A stretch of DNA of 64,000 nucleotides from Candidatus Bathyarchaeota archaeon (lineage in GTDB: Archaea > Thermoproteota > Bathyarchaeia > Bathyarchaeales > SOJC01), in NCBI GenBank assembly GCA_026014805.1, contig JAOZHR010000016.1, positions 27,283 through 91,282 on the forward strand, given 5' to 3'. Under the pieces are notes generated by a model, which had not been told where the DNA came from, did no database searches, and saw nothing but the letters and a program-made list of their open reading frames with translations. Below are positions 45,043 through 54,243 of the stretch, in pieces. The translations under genes and the position numbers were made by a program. Numbering within the stretch: position 1 is the stretch's first letter; each line of letters begins with the position of its first letter.

Positions 45043-46115
45043 TAAAAAGAGTGTTGATAACAGGCGCTGGCGGTCCAGCTGGTGTAAACTTCACGCAGTC
45101 GTTGAAGATTGCACCAGAGAAAATGTTCTTGGTCGGCACCGAAGCAAACAAGTACTATGCCAATCTGGCATCGACTGATAAGATATATGTTGTCTCAAAA
45201 GCAACAGCCTCCAATTACATCGATATAGTAACCCAAATTATTGAAAAAGAAAAAATCGAATTTGCTCATCCACAACCAGATATTGAAGTGAAAACTTTTT
45301 CAGAGAACAGGGAAAAACTAGAAGTAAACATCTTTCTTCCATCAAAGACTACAATACAAATCTGCCAAGACAAACTTAAATCAGCTGAAAGGTGGAAAAA
45401 AAAAGGTGTCTCTGTGGCAAAAGCAATCGAGTTAAAGAACGAAGCCGACGTTGAAAGAGCCTTTGGAGAACTCGGAACCCCCCTTTGGATAAGAGCCAAA
45501 TGGGGAGCTGGAGGAAAAGGAAGTACCCCTGCAAGCAGTCTGGAAACAGCGTTATCGTGGATCAATTACTGGAAATCTCGTAACAAAGAATGGCAATTCA
45601 TTGCTCAAGAATATCTACAGGGCAGGAACATCGGATTTCACAGTCTGTGGAAAGATGGCGAGCTTGTTACATCAATGGCTAGAGAGCGGGTACAGTACAT
45701 CTATCCCCATCTTGCCCCCTCTGGAATAACTGGTACACCTTCTGTTCAACGAACAATACACGATGACGAGGTTAACGAAACCGCCACCGAGGCTGTACTA
45801 GCAATCGACCCAAGCTTCAATGGCATTGCATGTGTAGACTTGAAGGAAAACAACAAGGGAATCCCGTGCGCCACGGAAATCAACGCTGGACGAATGTTCA
45901 CAACCTCGTTTTTCTTCTCCTACACAAGCAAGAAATTGCTGAAGAGCTATCACGCAAACTTTCCCTACCTCTGCCTTAAACTAGGCTACCGAGAGCATAT
46001 TCCCAACATTCCAAAATATAACATTTTGCCACAAGACCTCTACTGGATCAGACATATCGACGCACCGGCAAGACTTGTCAAGGCGGGGAAAGTCGTTGGG
46101 GCAATGTATAGATGA
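45039..46115 (+). CDS. ATP-grasp domain ligase
   Basis: MIKRVLITGAGGPAG; mid-protein WIRAKWGAGGKGS; CVDLKE...ATEINAGR. ATGA overlap with aglH. Confidence 0.6.
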   Translation: MIKRVLITGAGGPAGVNFTQSLKIAPEKMFLVGTEANKYYANLASTDKIYVVSKATASNYIDIVTQIIEKEKIEFAHPQPDIEVKTFSENREKLEVNIFLPSKTTIQICQDKLKSAERWKKKGVSVAKAIELKNEADVERAFGELGTPLWIRAKWGAGGKGSTPASSLETALSWINYWKSRNKEWQFIAQEYLQGRNIGFHSLWKDGELVTSMARERVQYIYPHLAPSGITGTPSVQRTIHDDEVNETATEAVLAIDPSFNGIACVDLKENNKGIPCATEINAGRMFTTSFFFSYTSKKLLKSYHANFPYLCLKLGYREHIPNIPKYNILPQDLYWIRHIDAPARLVKAGKVVGAMYR

Positions 46116-46606
46116 TTGATGGCGTCGTTTTTGATTTAGAAGGAACCCTAGTTAAACTTCCTATAGACTATGAGAAGTTGTATGAAGAGATAAAGAGAGA
46201 GCTAAGGATTTCGAGAGTTAAACCGTTAACTAAAACTGTTAAGAAGTTAGACGGCAAGTCACGGGAGAAAGTTTACGAACTTTGGGAACGTGCTGAATTG
46301 AAAGCGTTACCGAACATGAGCGCCAACGATGAAGGAATGAAAATATACAAAAAACACTCCAACAAGCCCGTGGCGTTAGTTACCATGCAAGGCAAGACTG
46401 TTGTCAGAAAAATCCTTGACCACTTTCACCTATCTTTTAATGCCGTAGTCACTAGGGAAGGTGAGATAGATAGAGCGCAACAAATTAGAAAAGCCATAGA
46501 CGAAATAGGCTTGGAGCCCCACAGCGTAGTCGTGGTCGGAGACAGAGACAGCGATGAAGCCGCAGCGAAACAAGTCGGTTGCGCATTCTTAAGGGTGATG
46601 GCTTGA
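46112..46606 (+). CDS. HAD-superfamily hydrolase
   Basis: Motif I VVFDLEGTLV (Glu at the D+2 position) and motif IV VGDRDSDEAAA. Confidence 0.75.
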   Translation: MIDGVVFDLEGTLVKLPIDYEKLYEEIKRELRISRVKPLTKTVKKLDGKSREKVYELWERAELKALPNMSANDEGMKIYKKHSNKPVALVTMQGKTVVRKILDHFHLSFNAVVTREGEIDRAQQIRKAIDEIGLEPHSVVVVGDRDSDEAAAKQVGCAFLRVMA

Positions 46607-47580
46607 AAGTCTGGTATGATGCTTGTACTGGAAAACACGTAAGATACGGAGTTGCCATAGCCCAACGGCTCAAAGCTTTAGGGCACGAAGTCATACTCAC
46701 CACCAGAAAACACCCCGACACACTTGCATTATCCAAACTGCTCGGCGAAAAGTTCAAAGTTGTAGGCAAGTATTCCCCCTCTTCAGTTCAATCTAGACTG
46801 AAGGAAAGTTTGAAGCGTCAACTCGCTTTTTGTGAAATGTTCGAGAATGAACCGCCAGATTATGCTGTCTCTCACGGGTCTATCGACTTGTGTCGAGTTG
46901 CTTTCGGATTGGGCGTACCTACGATATCAACGGCTGATGCTCCCCACGCTATTGCAGCAAACAAACTTGCACTGCCACTAGTCGATGTCTTAATCGCTTC
47001 CAAGGCAATCCCTCCACGGGAATATGAGAGCTTTGGAGTTAAGAAAATCGTCCAGTTTGACGGAGTGGACGAAGTGGCTTGGGTGAAGGGCTACAAGCAT
47101 GGACCCGACGAGTACGAAAAGCCCCTAATAGTTGTTAGACAAATGGAAACCATGGCGTCTTACGCCAAGGGAAAACGCGATGCCACGGAACAGATAGCGC
47201 AGAAACTTGTCTCTCTTGGGAATGTAATGTTTATTCCACGATATGACAGAAGCCCCAGACGCGGGTTGATTGTTCCGCAGGAATTTGCTGACTCTGTCCG
47301 TCTTTCAGCTGCTGCAGATCTAGTTGTGAGTGTTGGGGGAACGATTTCTAGAGAAGCTGCGTTGCAGGGGACTCCGAGTTTGGTGATTCCCATTTTTGGA
47401 GCGTCTTACGTCAATGATTATCTTTTCAAGCTGGGATTCACATTATTCACGGTGGAGCCGAGTGAGGTTTTCAAACTAGCGAAGAAACATGTGAGTCAAA
47501 AATGGGATGTTAAAGAACGGTTGGAACTGCTTGAAAATCCAGTTGACTATATTGAAAAAATCATTAGAAAGAAACTCTGA
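46603..47580 (+). CDS. DUF354-family protein (archaeal predicted GT-B-fold enzyme)
   Basis: (M)KVWYDACTGKHVRYGVAIAQRLKALGHEVILTTRKH. The TTG start overlaps the HAD TGA (TTGA). Confidence 0.55.
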   Translation: MKVWYDACTGKHVRYGVAIAQRLKALGHEVILTTRKHPDTLALSKLLGEKFKVVGKYSPSSVQSRLKESLKRQLAFCEMFENEPPDYAVSHGSIDLCRVAFGLGVPTISTADAPHAIAANKLALPLVDVLIASKAIPPREYESFGVKKIVQFDGVDEVAWVKGYKHGPDEYEKPLIVVRQMETMASYAKGKRDATEQIAQKLVSLGNVMFIPRYDRSPRRGLIVPQEFADSVRLSAAADLVVSVGGTISREAALQGTPSLVIPIFGASYVNDYLFKLGFTLFTVEPSEVFKLAKKHVSQKWDVKERLELLENPVDYIEKIIRKKL

Positions 47581-47716
47581 TGCTGCTGAAACAATACTAA
47601 AACGAAGTTTGCGTTTTTAAAAGCAGCATTTCTATCAAATTCTGCAATCCATAAGAGCTAAATAGAGTGGAACGTCCACATCTTACAATAAAAGTATTCA
47701 TGGAGCTAAAAGACGC

Positions 47717-48457
47717 TTGAGGGTTGAAAAGGTTCTGGTTATCGGGCTGGGAGAGATAGGTGCTCCTCTTCTGGAGGTTGTTAAGGGAGTTCATAGTGCA
47801 GAAGGGTTAGACATTGAGCCTAAAGAGGTTCATGGCCCCGTTGATGTGCTGCATATTTGCTTCCCCTATAGTACAAATTTTGTAGAGACCACGGTCAATT
47901 ATATGAACAAGTTTAATCCTAAACTGACCATCATAGAAAGCACAGTTCTCCCCTTCACAACAAGCAAAATCTATGAAAAAACCCAAAAACCAGTCTCTCA
48001 CAGTCCAGTGCGGGGAAGAAAAGCCGACGGATTCAAATGGGCATACTTCACCTACACAAAGTTCATTGGACCCGCAAAACCAGAATTTGGAAAAATGACA
48101 GAAGAATACTATCAATCGTTAGGCTTCAAAACACACGTATGTAACTCTCCTTTGGAAACGGAGTTCATGAAAGTTCTCAACACCACCTATTATGGGCTTA
48201 TGATTACTTGGTTCCAAGAAATCCACCGAATCTGCGAAAAATTCCAGCTCAAAGAGGAAGAGGTAATCGAGTTTTTCAGAACAAATGAAAGAGATTCGGG
48301 GGGAAGGCATCTGCGCCCGGTGTTTAGTCCTGGAGTTATAACAGGACACTGTGTGATTCCAAACGCCGAGTTGCTGAAAGAGTTGTATCCGTCCCCTTTT
48401 GTTAAGGTTCTTCTGGAGTCAAACGAAAGACGGAAAAAAGAAGCAGAATCGAAGTAG
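47717..48457 (+). CDS. NAD(P)-binding protein, short UDP-glucose/GDP-mannose dehydrogenase-like
   Basis: VLVIGLGEIGAPL Rossmann motif. ETEFMKVLNTTYYGLMITWFQEIHRICEKF resembles the UDPGDH central helix. ITGHCVIPN is a possible catalytic Cys context. Confidence 0.4.
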   Translation: MRVEKVLVIGLGEIGAPLLEVVKGVHSAEGLDIEPKEVHGPVDVLHICFPYSTNFVETTVNYMNKFNPKLTIIESTVLPFTTSKIYEKTQKPVSHSPVRGRKADGFKWAYFTYTKFIGPAKPEFGKMTEEYYQSLGFKTHVCNSPLETEFMKVLNTTYYGLMITWFQEIHRICEKFQLKEEEVIEFFRTNERDSGGRHLRPVFSPGVITGHCVIPNAELLKELYPSPFVKVLLESNERRKKEAESK

Positions 48458-48592
48458 ACTCGCTTATTAGATAGGTGCTATGCAACAGATGAGGACCCTA
48501 TCCGCGGCGCTAAGCATTAGAAGCCGTTTTTTAAGGCTGCAAGGCAATAAGCTACAGCATATACAGATTTGCAGGGGCAAAGTCGTTTGAAA

Positions 48593-49510
48593 ATGAAAGC
48601 CATAGTGATACTGGTCTCTATGTCGCTCATAGTCTTAGAAAGACTTCTCCCAGTATCTAAGATTTGGATAATTTTGGTCCCGCCGATAGCCTTCAGCATA
48701 GTGGCTACCATTCTATCAGTTAGAAAAGGAAACTCATACCTCAATGAACTGCCAAATGTCCTAAGAGTTTTATCTGCATCCGTTGGAGCCGTGTTACTAG
48801 GCTTTTTCTCGCCTCTTTCTATAATGTCTGGGCTCTTGTTTGTTTTACTTGGTGTTTTTGCAAATGACGAAGCTGTGAGGAGGTTGTACAGGCATAAAGG
48901 GGTTATTGTGCTGACCGGTATTGACGCCACTGGAAAGTCAACGCACGCTCGCAACATTTCTTCTTGGTTAAAAGGCAAAGGTATAAAATGCGAAATACTG
49001 CCGTTCCACAGATACCTCTTTCTTGGCAAGCTTTCTAACTTGAAAAGTGGAGGAAAACTAAGCCAAGCAACGGGAAACAGGGCTCCTATAGCCAAGACTA
49101 GTAAGTTTTCTCTTATTAGACCTTACGTGGCTCTTGTTGACAACGTCATATTTTACATTCTTAGAGTGCTTCCGCACATCGTTAAGCGGGAATACGTGGT
49201 TTGCGACCGTTTTATCTGGGACAACTACGTTAAACACAAAGCTCTTGGATACAACACACGTTTTCTTTTCAGACTTTCCACTCTGATAAAGCCCCAAATC
49301 AGCATAGTTTTCGACTTACCTGCAGAAATTGCCTTCGAGAGAGTGGAGAAAAGAGAGAAGCACCTGCGATACTCAATTGAGCAGTATAAGATTGAAAGAA
49401 AGGAATTCAAAAAAATAGCGATGATGCTAAACTACCCAGTGGTCAACACGAACGAGTCAATTCAACAAACTTGGAATCGGATAGAGGCTTATCTTGATTC
49501 GTTTATTTGA
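48593..49510 (+). CDS. Membrane-anchored P-loop kinase, thymidylate-kinase-like
   Basis: Three or four N-terminal TM helices. Then VIVLTGIDATGKSTHARNISSWLKGKG (Walker A) and VVCDRFIWDNYV. The track ORF starts at 48569. Confidence 0.55.
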   Translation: MKAIVILVSMSLIVLERLLPVSKIWIILVPPIAFSIVATILSVRKGNSYLNELPNVLRVLSASVGAVLLGFFSPLSIMSGLLFVLLGVFANDEAVRRLYRHKGVIVLTGIDATGKSTHARNISSWLKGKGIKCEILPFHRYLFLGKLSNLKSGGKLSQATGNRAPIAKTSKFSLIRPYVALVDNVIFYILRVLPHIVKREYVVCDRFIWDNYVKHKALGYNTRFLFRLSTLIKPQISIVFDLPAEIAFERVEKREKHLRYSIEQYKIERKEFKKIAMMLNYPVVNTNESIQQTWNRIEAYLDSFI

Positions 49511-49632
49511 GAAAAAACAGCACAGCAGGTTTTAGTAAAATGTTTTTATCATACTTTTTGGCTAGTTAACCTGTCCGGTGATTGCTAAGAAAATGGCAAA
49601 AGTTCACGTTTGTCATGTAAAGAGATGGAGAA

Positions 49633-50220
49633 ATGAAGCGCAGAAAGAAAGAAAACGAAAGAACTATAAAGATAGGAATAGGGATTCCTTGTCACATCAA
49701 AGATAAGCATTTTTTGGAGGCATGCTTACAGGCCATTGCTAATCTTGACCCCCCGCCACATACTTATTTAGTGGATTTGAACGAGGGTGAAGACGGATTA
49801 AAGGGAATTAGAACACGTTTGTTTGATAAACTATTCGAAACATGTGATGTTGTTCTTCAATGCGATGTTGAATTTTACTTGTTCCCGGATATATTATCCC
49901 ACGTTCAAGAAAGAAAAGTAACAAGTTTCTGCCACTTAACACGAAGCCTTGTTGATATTATCAAAGTAGTAGCACGTTTTTTAAGCCCTAATCCTTGGAC
50001 AGGTTGTTATAGTTTACCGAAACATGTTTGGCAGAAAGTCAAAATATCTTATAGATGGGATGGAACAGATACGAGCATTCAGAAAATTGCAAGCAACTAT
50101 AAATTTGTGTATACCCCCAAATATTACATTCTCCGTCGCTCTCCACGTAGAATTCAAGTTGCTTTGAGTGACAAAAGTTTGCTAAAGAAAATAAGAAATT
50201 TACTACTGCGAGGGATCTAG
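49633..50220 (+). CDS. Hypothetical protein (possibly a small GT-A-like fold)
   Basis: IGIGIPCHIKDKHFLEACLQAIANL and QCDVEFY. The assignment is weak. Confidence 0.35.
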   Translation: MKRRKKENERTIKIGIGIPCHIKDKHFLEACLQAIANLDPPPHTYLVDLNEGEDGLKGIRTRLFDKLFETCDVVLQCDVEFYLFPDILSHVQERKVTSFCHLTRSLVDIIKVVARFLSPNPWTGCYSLPKHVWQKVKISYRWDGTDTSIQKIASNYKFVYTPKYYILRRSPRRIQVALSDKSLLKKIRNLLLRGI

Positions 50221-50225
50221 AGAAC

Positions 50226-51053
50226 ATGTCTGAAATAGTTGACTTTAGAGTGAGACTTCGAACACCCAGCGCATTGAAAGCTTGGGTTCCCAAACCCATA
50301 CCTCAGTTTGAAAAATACATAGACTTCTACAAGATGAAACCTCGGTTAACCTATCAAACTCCAGAGGAAACAATCGAAGAAATGCGAAGTGTAGGAATCA
50401 AAAAAGCGGTACTGTGTTCGGGTAGCGCGGAAGGAAACAAGATTCTTGCTACGATGTGTAAAGAATACAGTGATGTTTTCATTGGAATAGCAGGAGCAAA
50501 ACTCAACAAGGGAGTAATGCACGCCTACAAGGAATTAAAGAAATCATTGAGCGCGAATTTGCTCGGATTTAATTTCGGTGGACTCCTGCAAAATCCGCCG
50601 ATGGCTATTGATGATAAAAAACTCTATCCATTATATGCCCTTTGCATTGACTACGACGTATGTGCAATAGTACACTCATCGCTACACTATTACACTGGAT
50701 CGAAACTAGAACTGAACAGTCCGTTCAGAATCGACAACGTTAGTGTTGATTTTCCAGACTTGAGAATAGTCATGTCCCATGCTGGAAATGGTTTCGGAGA
50801 CTTGCCTCTAGTGTTGGCACACAGGCATCCAAACGTATACTTGGAAGTGAGCGCGTTGCGACCAAAACACTTACCACAATCATACATTAGTGCTATGAAC
50901 AAATACCTGAGCCAAAAATTCATTTTTGCAAGTGACTACCCTTTGCTGCCATTTACCATAGTGGAAGAATGGAAGCAATACGTTAAGAAAGAGAATTACG
51001 AAAGATTTTTCCACGAGAATGCAATGACCGCTCTCTTCGGTCGACGGCGATAA
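50226..51053 (+). CDS. Metal-dependent amidohydrolase-superfamily TIM-barrel protein (Amidohydro_2-like)
   Basis: IVDFRVRLRTP at the N-terminus, IVHSS, IVMSHAG, and a C-terminal ASDYP. Confidence 0.6.
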   Translation: MSEIVDFRVRLRTPSALKAWVPKPIPQFEKYIDFYKMKPRLTYQTPEETIEEMRSVGIKKAVLCSGSAEGNKILATMCKEYSDVFIGIAGAKLNKGVMHAYKELKKSLSANLLGFNFGGLLQNPPMAIDDKKLYPLYALCIDYDVCAIVHSSLHYYTGSKLELNSPFRIDNVSVDFPDLRIVMSHAGNGFGDLPLVLAHRHPNVYLEVSALRPKHLPQSYISAMNKYLSQKFIFASDYPLLPFTIVEEWKQYVKKENYERFFHENAMTALFGRRR

Positions 51054-51055
51054 CA

Positions 51056-51943
51056 ATGAAAGCGAAAGAAATAGCTTCGTTTATTGGCGGGGAACTTATA
51101 GGCAATCCAATGAAAGATGTGACGAAGCCAAGTTATTTGCATACAGCCAAAGGAGACGAGCTGACATATTGTTATCTAAAGAGTGATGAAAGAGATTTGG
51201 AAGCAATAAGCAAAACAAAAGCGGGGATAATAATATGTCAGAAGAATCTTAGAAGGAAGCTTGAACGAATCAATGTCAAGCCCACGCTGATTCTTAGTGA
51301 AGCACCAAAATACGATTTTGCCAAAGTTCTCCAAGAGTTCTTTGTGAAGGAAACACCCATGATATCTCCATTTTCCTACGTGGCTGTGAATGTGAAACTA
51401 GGAAAAAATGTCGACATCCATCCAGGTGTAGTAGTTCATGGTAATACAGTAATAGGAAATAGAGTGATTGTAAGGTCAAACGCTGTTTTAGGTGCAGAAG
51501 GACTTGACTATGGGAGAAACCAAAGAGGTGAGCTAAAAAGAATACCCCATATGGGCCATTTAATCATCGAGGATGATGTAGACATAGGAAGCAATACAAT
51601 AGTTCAAAAAGGAATACTTAGACCTACAATCATAGGAAAGGACACCAAAATTGGACCGAACTGTGACATTGGGCATGAGGTGAAAATTGGAGAACATTGT
51701 ATAATAACAGGGATGACTCTAGTGGCGGGAGCAACTGAAATAGGAGATCATACCTACATAGCACCACATTCAACTATAAAAAACAGTATCAAAATAGGTA
51801 GCAACGTTTTTGTAGGAATTGGAAGTTTGGTGATACGCAATGTTCCTGATGGAACAAAAGTGGTTGGAAGACCCGCTATAGAAATAGAACGTTTCAGAGA
51901 ACATAGAAAACGTCTAAAGGAACTGTTGGGAGAAGACATATGA
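51056..51943 (+). CDS. LpxD-like N-acyltransferase (UDP-binding N-domain plus left-handed beta-helix)
   Basis: N-domain KEIASFIGGELIGN..GDELTYCYL..AGIIIC. Beta-helix LGAEGLDYGRNQRGELKRIPHMGHLIIEDDVDIGSNTIVQKG..IGPNCDIGHEVKIG. This aligns with E. coli LpxD [55 protein letters not shown], including the catalytic His. Confidence 0.75.
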   Translation: MKAKEIASFIGGELIGNPMKDVTKPSYLHTAKGDELTYCYLKSDERDLEAISKTKAGIIICQKNLRRKLERINVKPTLILSEAPKYDFAKVLQEFFVKETPMISPFSYVAVNVKLGKNVDIHPGVVVHGNTVIGNRVIVRSNAVLGAEGLDYGRNQRGELKRIPHMGHLIIEDDVDIGSNTIVQKGILRPTIIGKDTKIGPNCDIGHEVKIGEHCIITGMTLVAGATEIGDHTYIAPHSTIKNSIKIGSNVFVGIGSLVIRNVPDGTKVVGRPAIEIERFREHRKRLKELLGEDI

Positions 51944-53328
51944 AAAGAGCCGCAATGATAGGCTTAGACGGTATGTCCTGGCACATTCTAGACCAGCTTT
52001 TTGAATGGAAAGTTATGCCGAATCTTGAAGAGCTCACAAAAGAATCACTAAGAGGAACTTTGCGATCAACAATTCCTCCAGAATCAGCTCCTGCATGGAC
52101 AAGTATAGCAACAGGTGTAAATCCAGGAAAACATGGAATCTTTAGTTTCACAAAACCCACAGAAAATTATGATGATATAAGAATCATGAGTTCCCGTGAC
52201 GTTAAATATTTAAGAATTCATGAAATGGTCGCGATACAGAACTTAACAAGCGTCTGTGTAAACCAACTTCTGACCTATCCTATAAAGAGAATCCAAAAAT
52301 CATACGTAATTACTGATTGGCTCTCTCCAGAAATAAAATATTCCCCAGAGATAAAACAATACGCGGAGAATTACCGAGGACCCACATTGAGCAAGCCGCT
52401 GCCTCTACTAACAAAAAATTGGCATTCCGAATACGTTGATGTATCAAGCCGTGTCGATACAGTCAACACACTTCTACAAAAGATAAATTGGGACTTGTTT
52501 TGGGTCGTTTATAGCGAACCAGACCATCTGTTCCATAGATACTATGATTTGGTCATGAAAAGAGACAAAAGACTAATGCAATTATTCACTAAGATCGACG
52601 AGACTTTTGGAATAGTTAAGGATATTGCTGATCTAATAATAGTTGTTTCTGATCATGGCTTCCGTAAGTATAGCAAAGGAGTATATGTCAATACTACACT
52701 TGGAAATCTAGGGTTGGCAGAAAAAGTATCACAACAAACCATTAAAAATATTTCTTGTCAACGGCAGATCGGCGAACCTAAAGTAAAATTTCGCCTACCA
52801 GAAAAGTTGAACAGATATATTTCTGCAATTCCACCACCAGTTGAAGCAATATTGCTGAAACTCTATAAACAATTTCTGAAGGCAGACATCAAGGTGGCAC
52901 TTACAACTCATGTTAACCCAAAATCATCAAAAGCATTTGCGCATGGATTTGGAATTTTTGTAAAAGAAAAAAAACTGATTGATTACGTTATCTCAATGTT
53001 AAAGAAAAAAACCTTCGTCGGAGGGATATGGAAAAAAGAAGAACTTTATGATGGGGAACAGTTGAAGGCTATGCCAGACTTGGTGATAGTTCCGAACTTT
53101 GATGGAGGATTCGCATTTCGTGGCGACGTTATCGCGCCTAAGTCAGTGATAAGGAGAGGTTTTTCTAATCACCACCCCGATGGTATCATAATACTCTACG
53201 AAAAAAATGTACGACCAGTTTGGGTAAATGGAACAAGAGTGTATGATGTCGTTCCCACAATATTGGATTTTCTTGGCTTGGATATACCAGAAAACACAGA
53301 CGGCAAAGTGATAAATTTCGCAGCATAG
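51940..53328 (+). CDS. Alkaline-phosphatase-superfamily protein (type I phosphodiesterase / nucleotide pyrophosphatase-like)
   Basis: MIGLDGMSW, TIPPESAPAWTSIATGVNPGKHGIF and VVSDHGF. ATGA overlap with the upstream gene. Confidence 0.7.
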   Translation: MKRAAMIGLDGMSWHILDQLFEWKVMPNLEELTKESLRGTLRSTIPPESAPAWTSIATGVNPGKHGIFSFTKPTENYDDIRIMSSRDVKYLRIHEMVAIQNLTSVCVNQLLTYPIKRIQKSYVITDWLSPEIKYSPEIKQYAENYRGPTLSKPLPLLTKNWHSEYVDVSSRVDTVNTLLQKINWDLFWVVYSEPDHLFHRYYDLVMKRDKRLMQLFTKIDETFGIVKDIADLIIVVSDHGFRKYSKGVYVNTTLGNLGLAEKVSQQTIKNISCQRQIGEPKVKFRLPEKLNRYISAIPPPVEAILLKLYKQFLKADIKVALTTHVNPKSSKAFAHGFGIFVKEKKLIDYVISMLKKKTFVGGIWKKEELYDGEQLKAMPDLVIVPNFDGGFAFRGDVIAPKSVIRRGFSNHHPDGIIILYEKNVRPVWVNGTRVYDVVPTILDFLGLDIPENTDGKVINFAA

Positions 53329-53596
53329 CTACGATAGAGTGCAGTTTCTCTGGAAGAGAATTTGTGAACTACAGGAAGAAAATTCCTTAAGATTAGAGAT
53401 TGATAGGTGACTGGCTTACGAAAGATGAGATCTGTTGCGGTACTCAAGCATTTTGATATTTGTTGAGTTAGTAATATTAAGATGATTAGCCTTGCAACGG
53501 ATACTGATGGGAAGCTTGTGAACTACTGAATATGAAATCTTAGGAAAAACAAAGATGCCCAAAGCTTTCTTCTGCCTCAAAATATCTAGTGCGCTG

Positions 53597-54052
53597 CTAC
53601 TCTCTTGCACGTACAATATGATTAAGCAAGCCGGCAATCCATCGGAGGCGCGATGGAAGATAGTTATGTAGTAATTCTATGTCTCGCTTTTCCACGGCTT
53701 TCAATACAATCAAAGAAAGAAGATAAACGACCACACCTACGGCTGCGTAAACAGGAAGCAGACGTAAACGTAGAACAAGAAACTGATAAGACGAGGGATC
53801 AGTGATTGCCCTTAAAAGTTCCAACGCGAAAAGTGATAGAATCATGGTTATAGACGCCGTTGCCGACTTCCATATTGCTTCTCTGTCGAACTCTATCTTG
53901 AGACTCGCCCAAAGCACATATGTTCCTAAACTAAACCCTGCAAGCGCAGCAAAAAACCTTAAAGCGCCACCCCTGTTAAGTCTGCGTTTAAATATGCTAG
54001 AGAAATGTATGAAAGAAACGCATCTAAGATAATAACAATTGCATGCATACAT
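53597..54052 (-). pseudogene. Possible 3' remnant of a Wzx/MATE-like polysaccharide flippase gene
   Basis: The 151-aa ORF holds about 4 TM helices and ends ..VVYLLSLIVLKAVEKRDIELLHNYLPSRLRWIAGLL, which resembles a flippase C-terminus. Only 190 nt separate it from rfbB, so there is no room for the other ~330 codons. Confidence 0.35.
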
Positions 54053-54243
54053 CGCACTGGTAGCTTGCTTTAATGTTGGTGAGGATGTTTTTCTCTCGTC
54101 GCCTTTCCAGTTATTTTCGAAGCGTTGGCAGGTTGTATTTTATGAATTTTCTGAGGGTTGTTGAGGGGTTTTGCCCCACTAGCCATGCATGCATTTACCG
54201 ATATGGCGTCGCAGAAGACTAGTACGAAGAAACTTGTTTGAGC

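Noticed and set aside
53196-53637. Minus-strand ORFs 53196..53447 and 53416..53637
   Set aside because: The first overlaps the 3' end of the AlkP-like gene in antisense. Neither has motifs or coding-like composition. I treated the region as non-coding or decayed.
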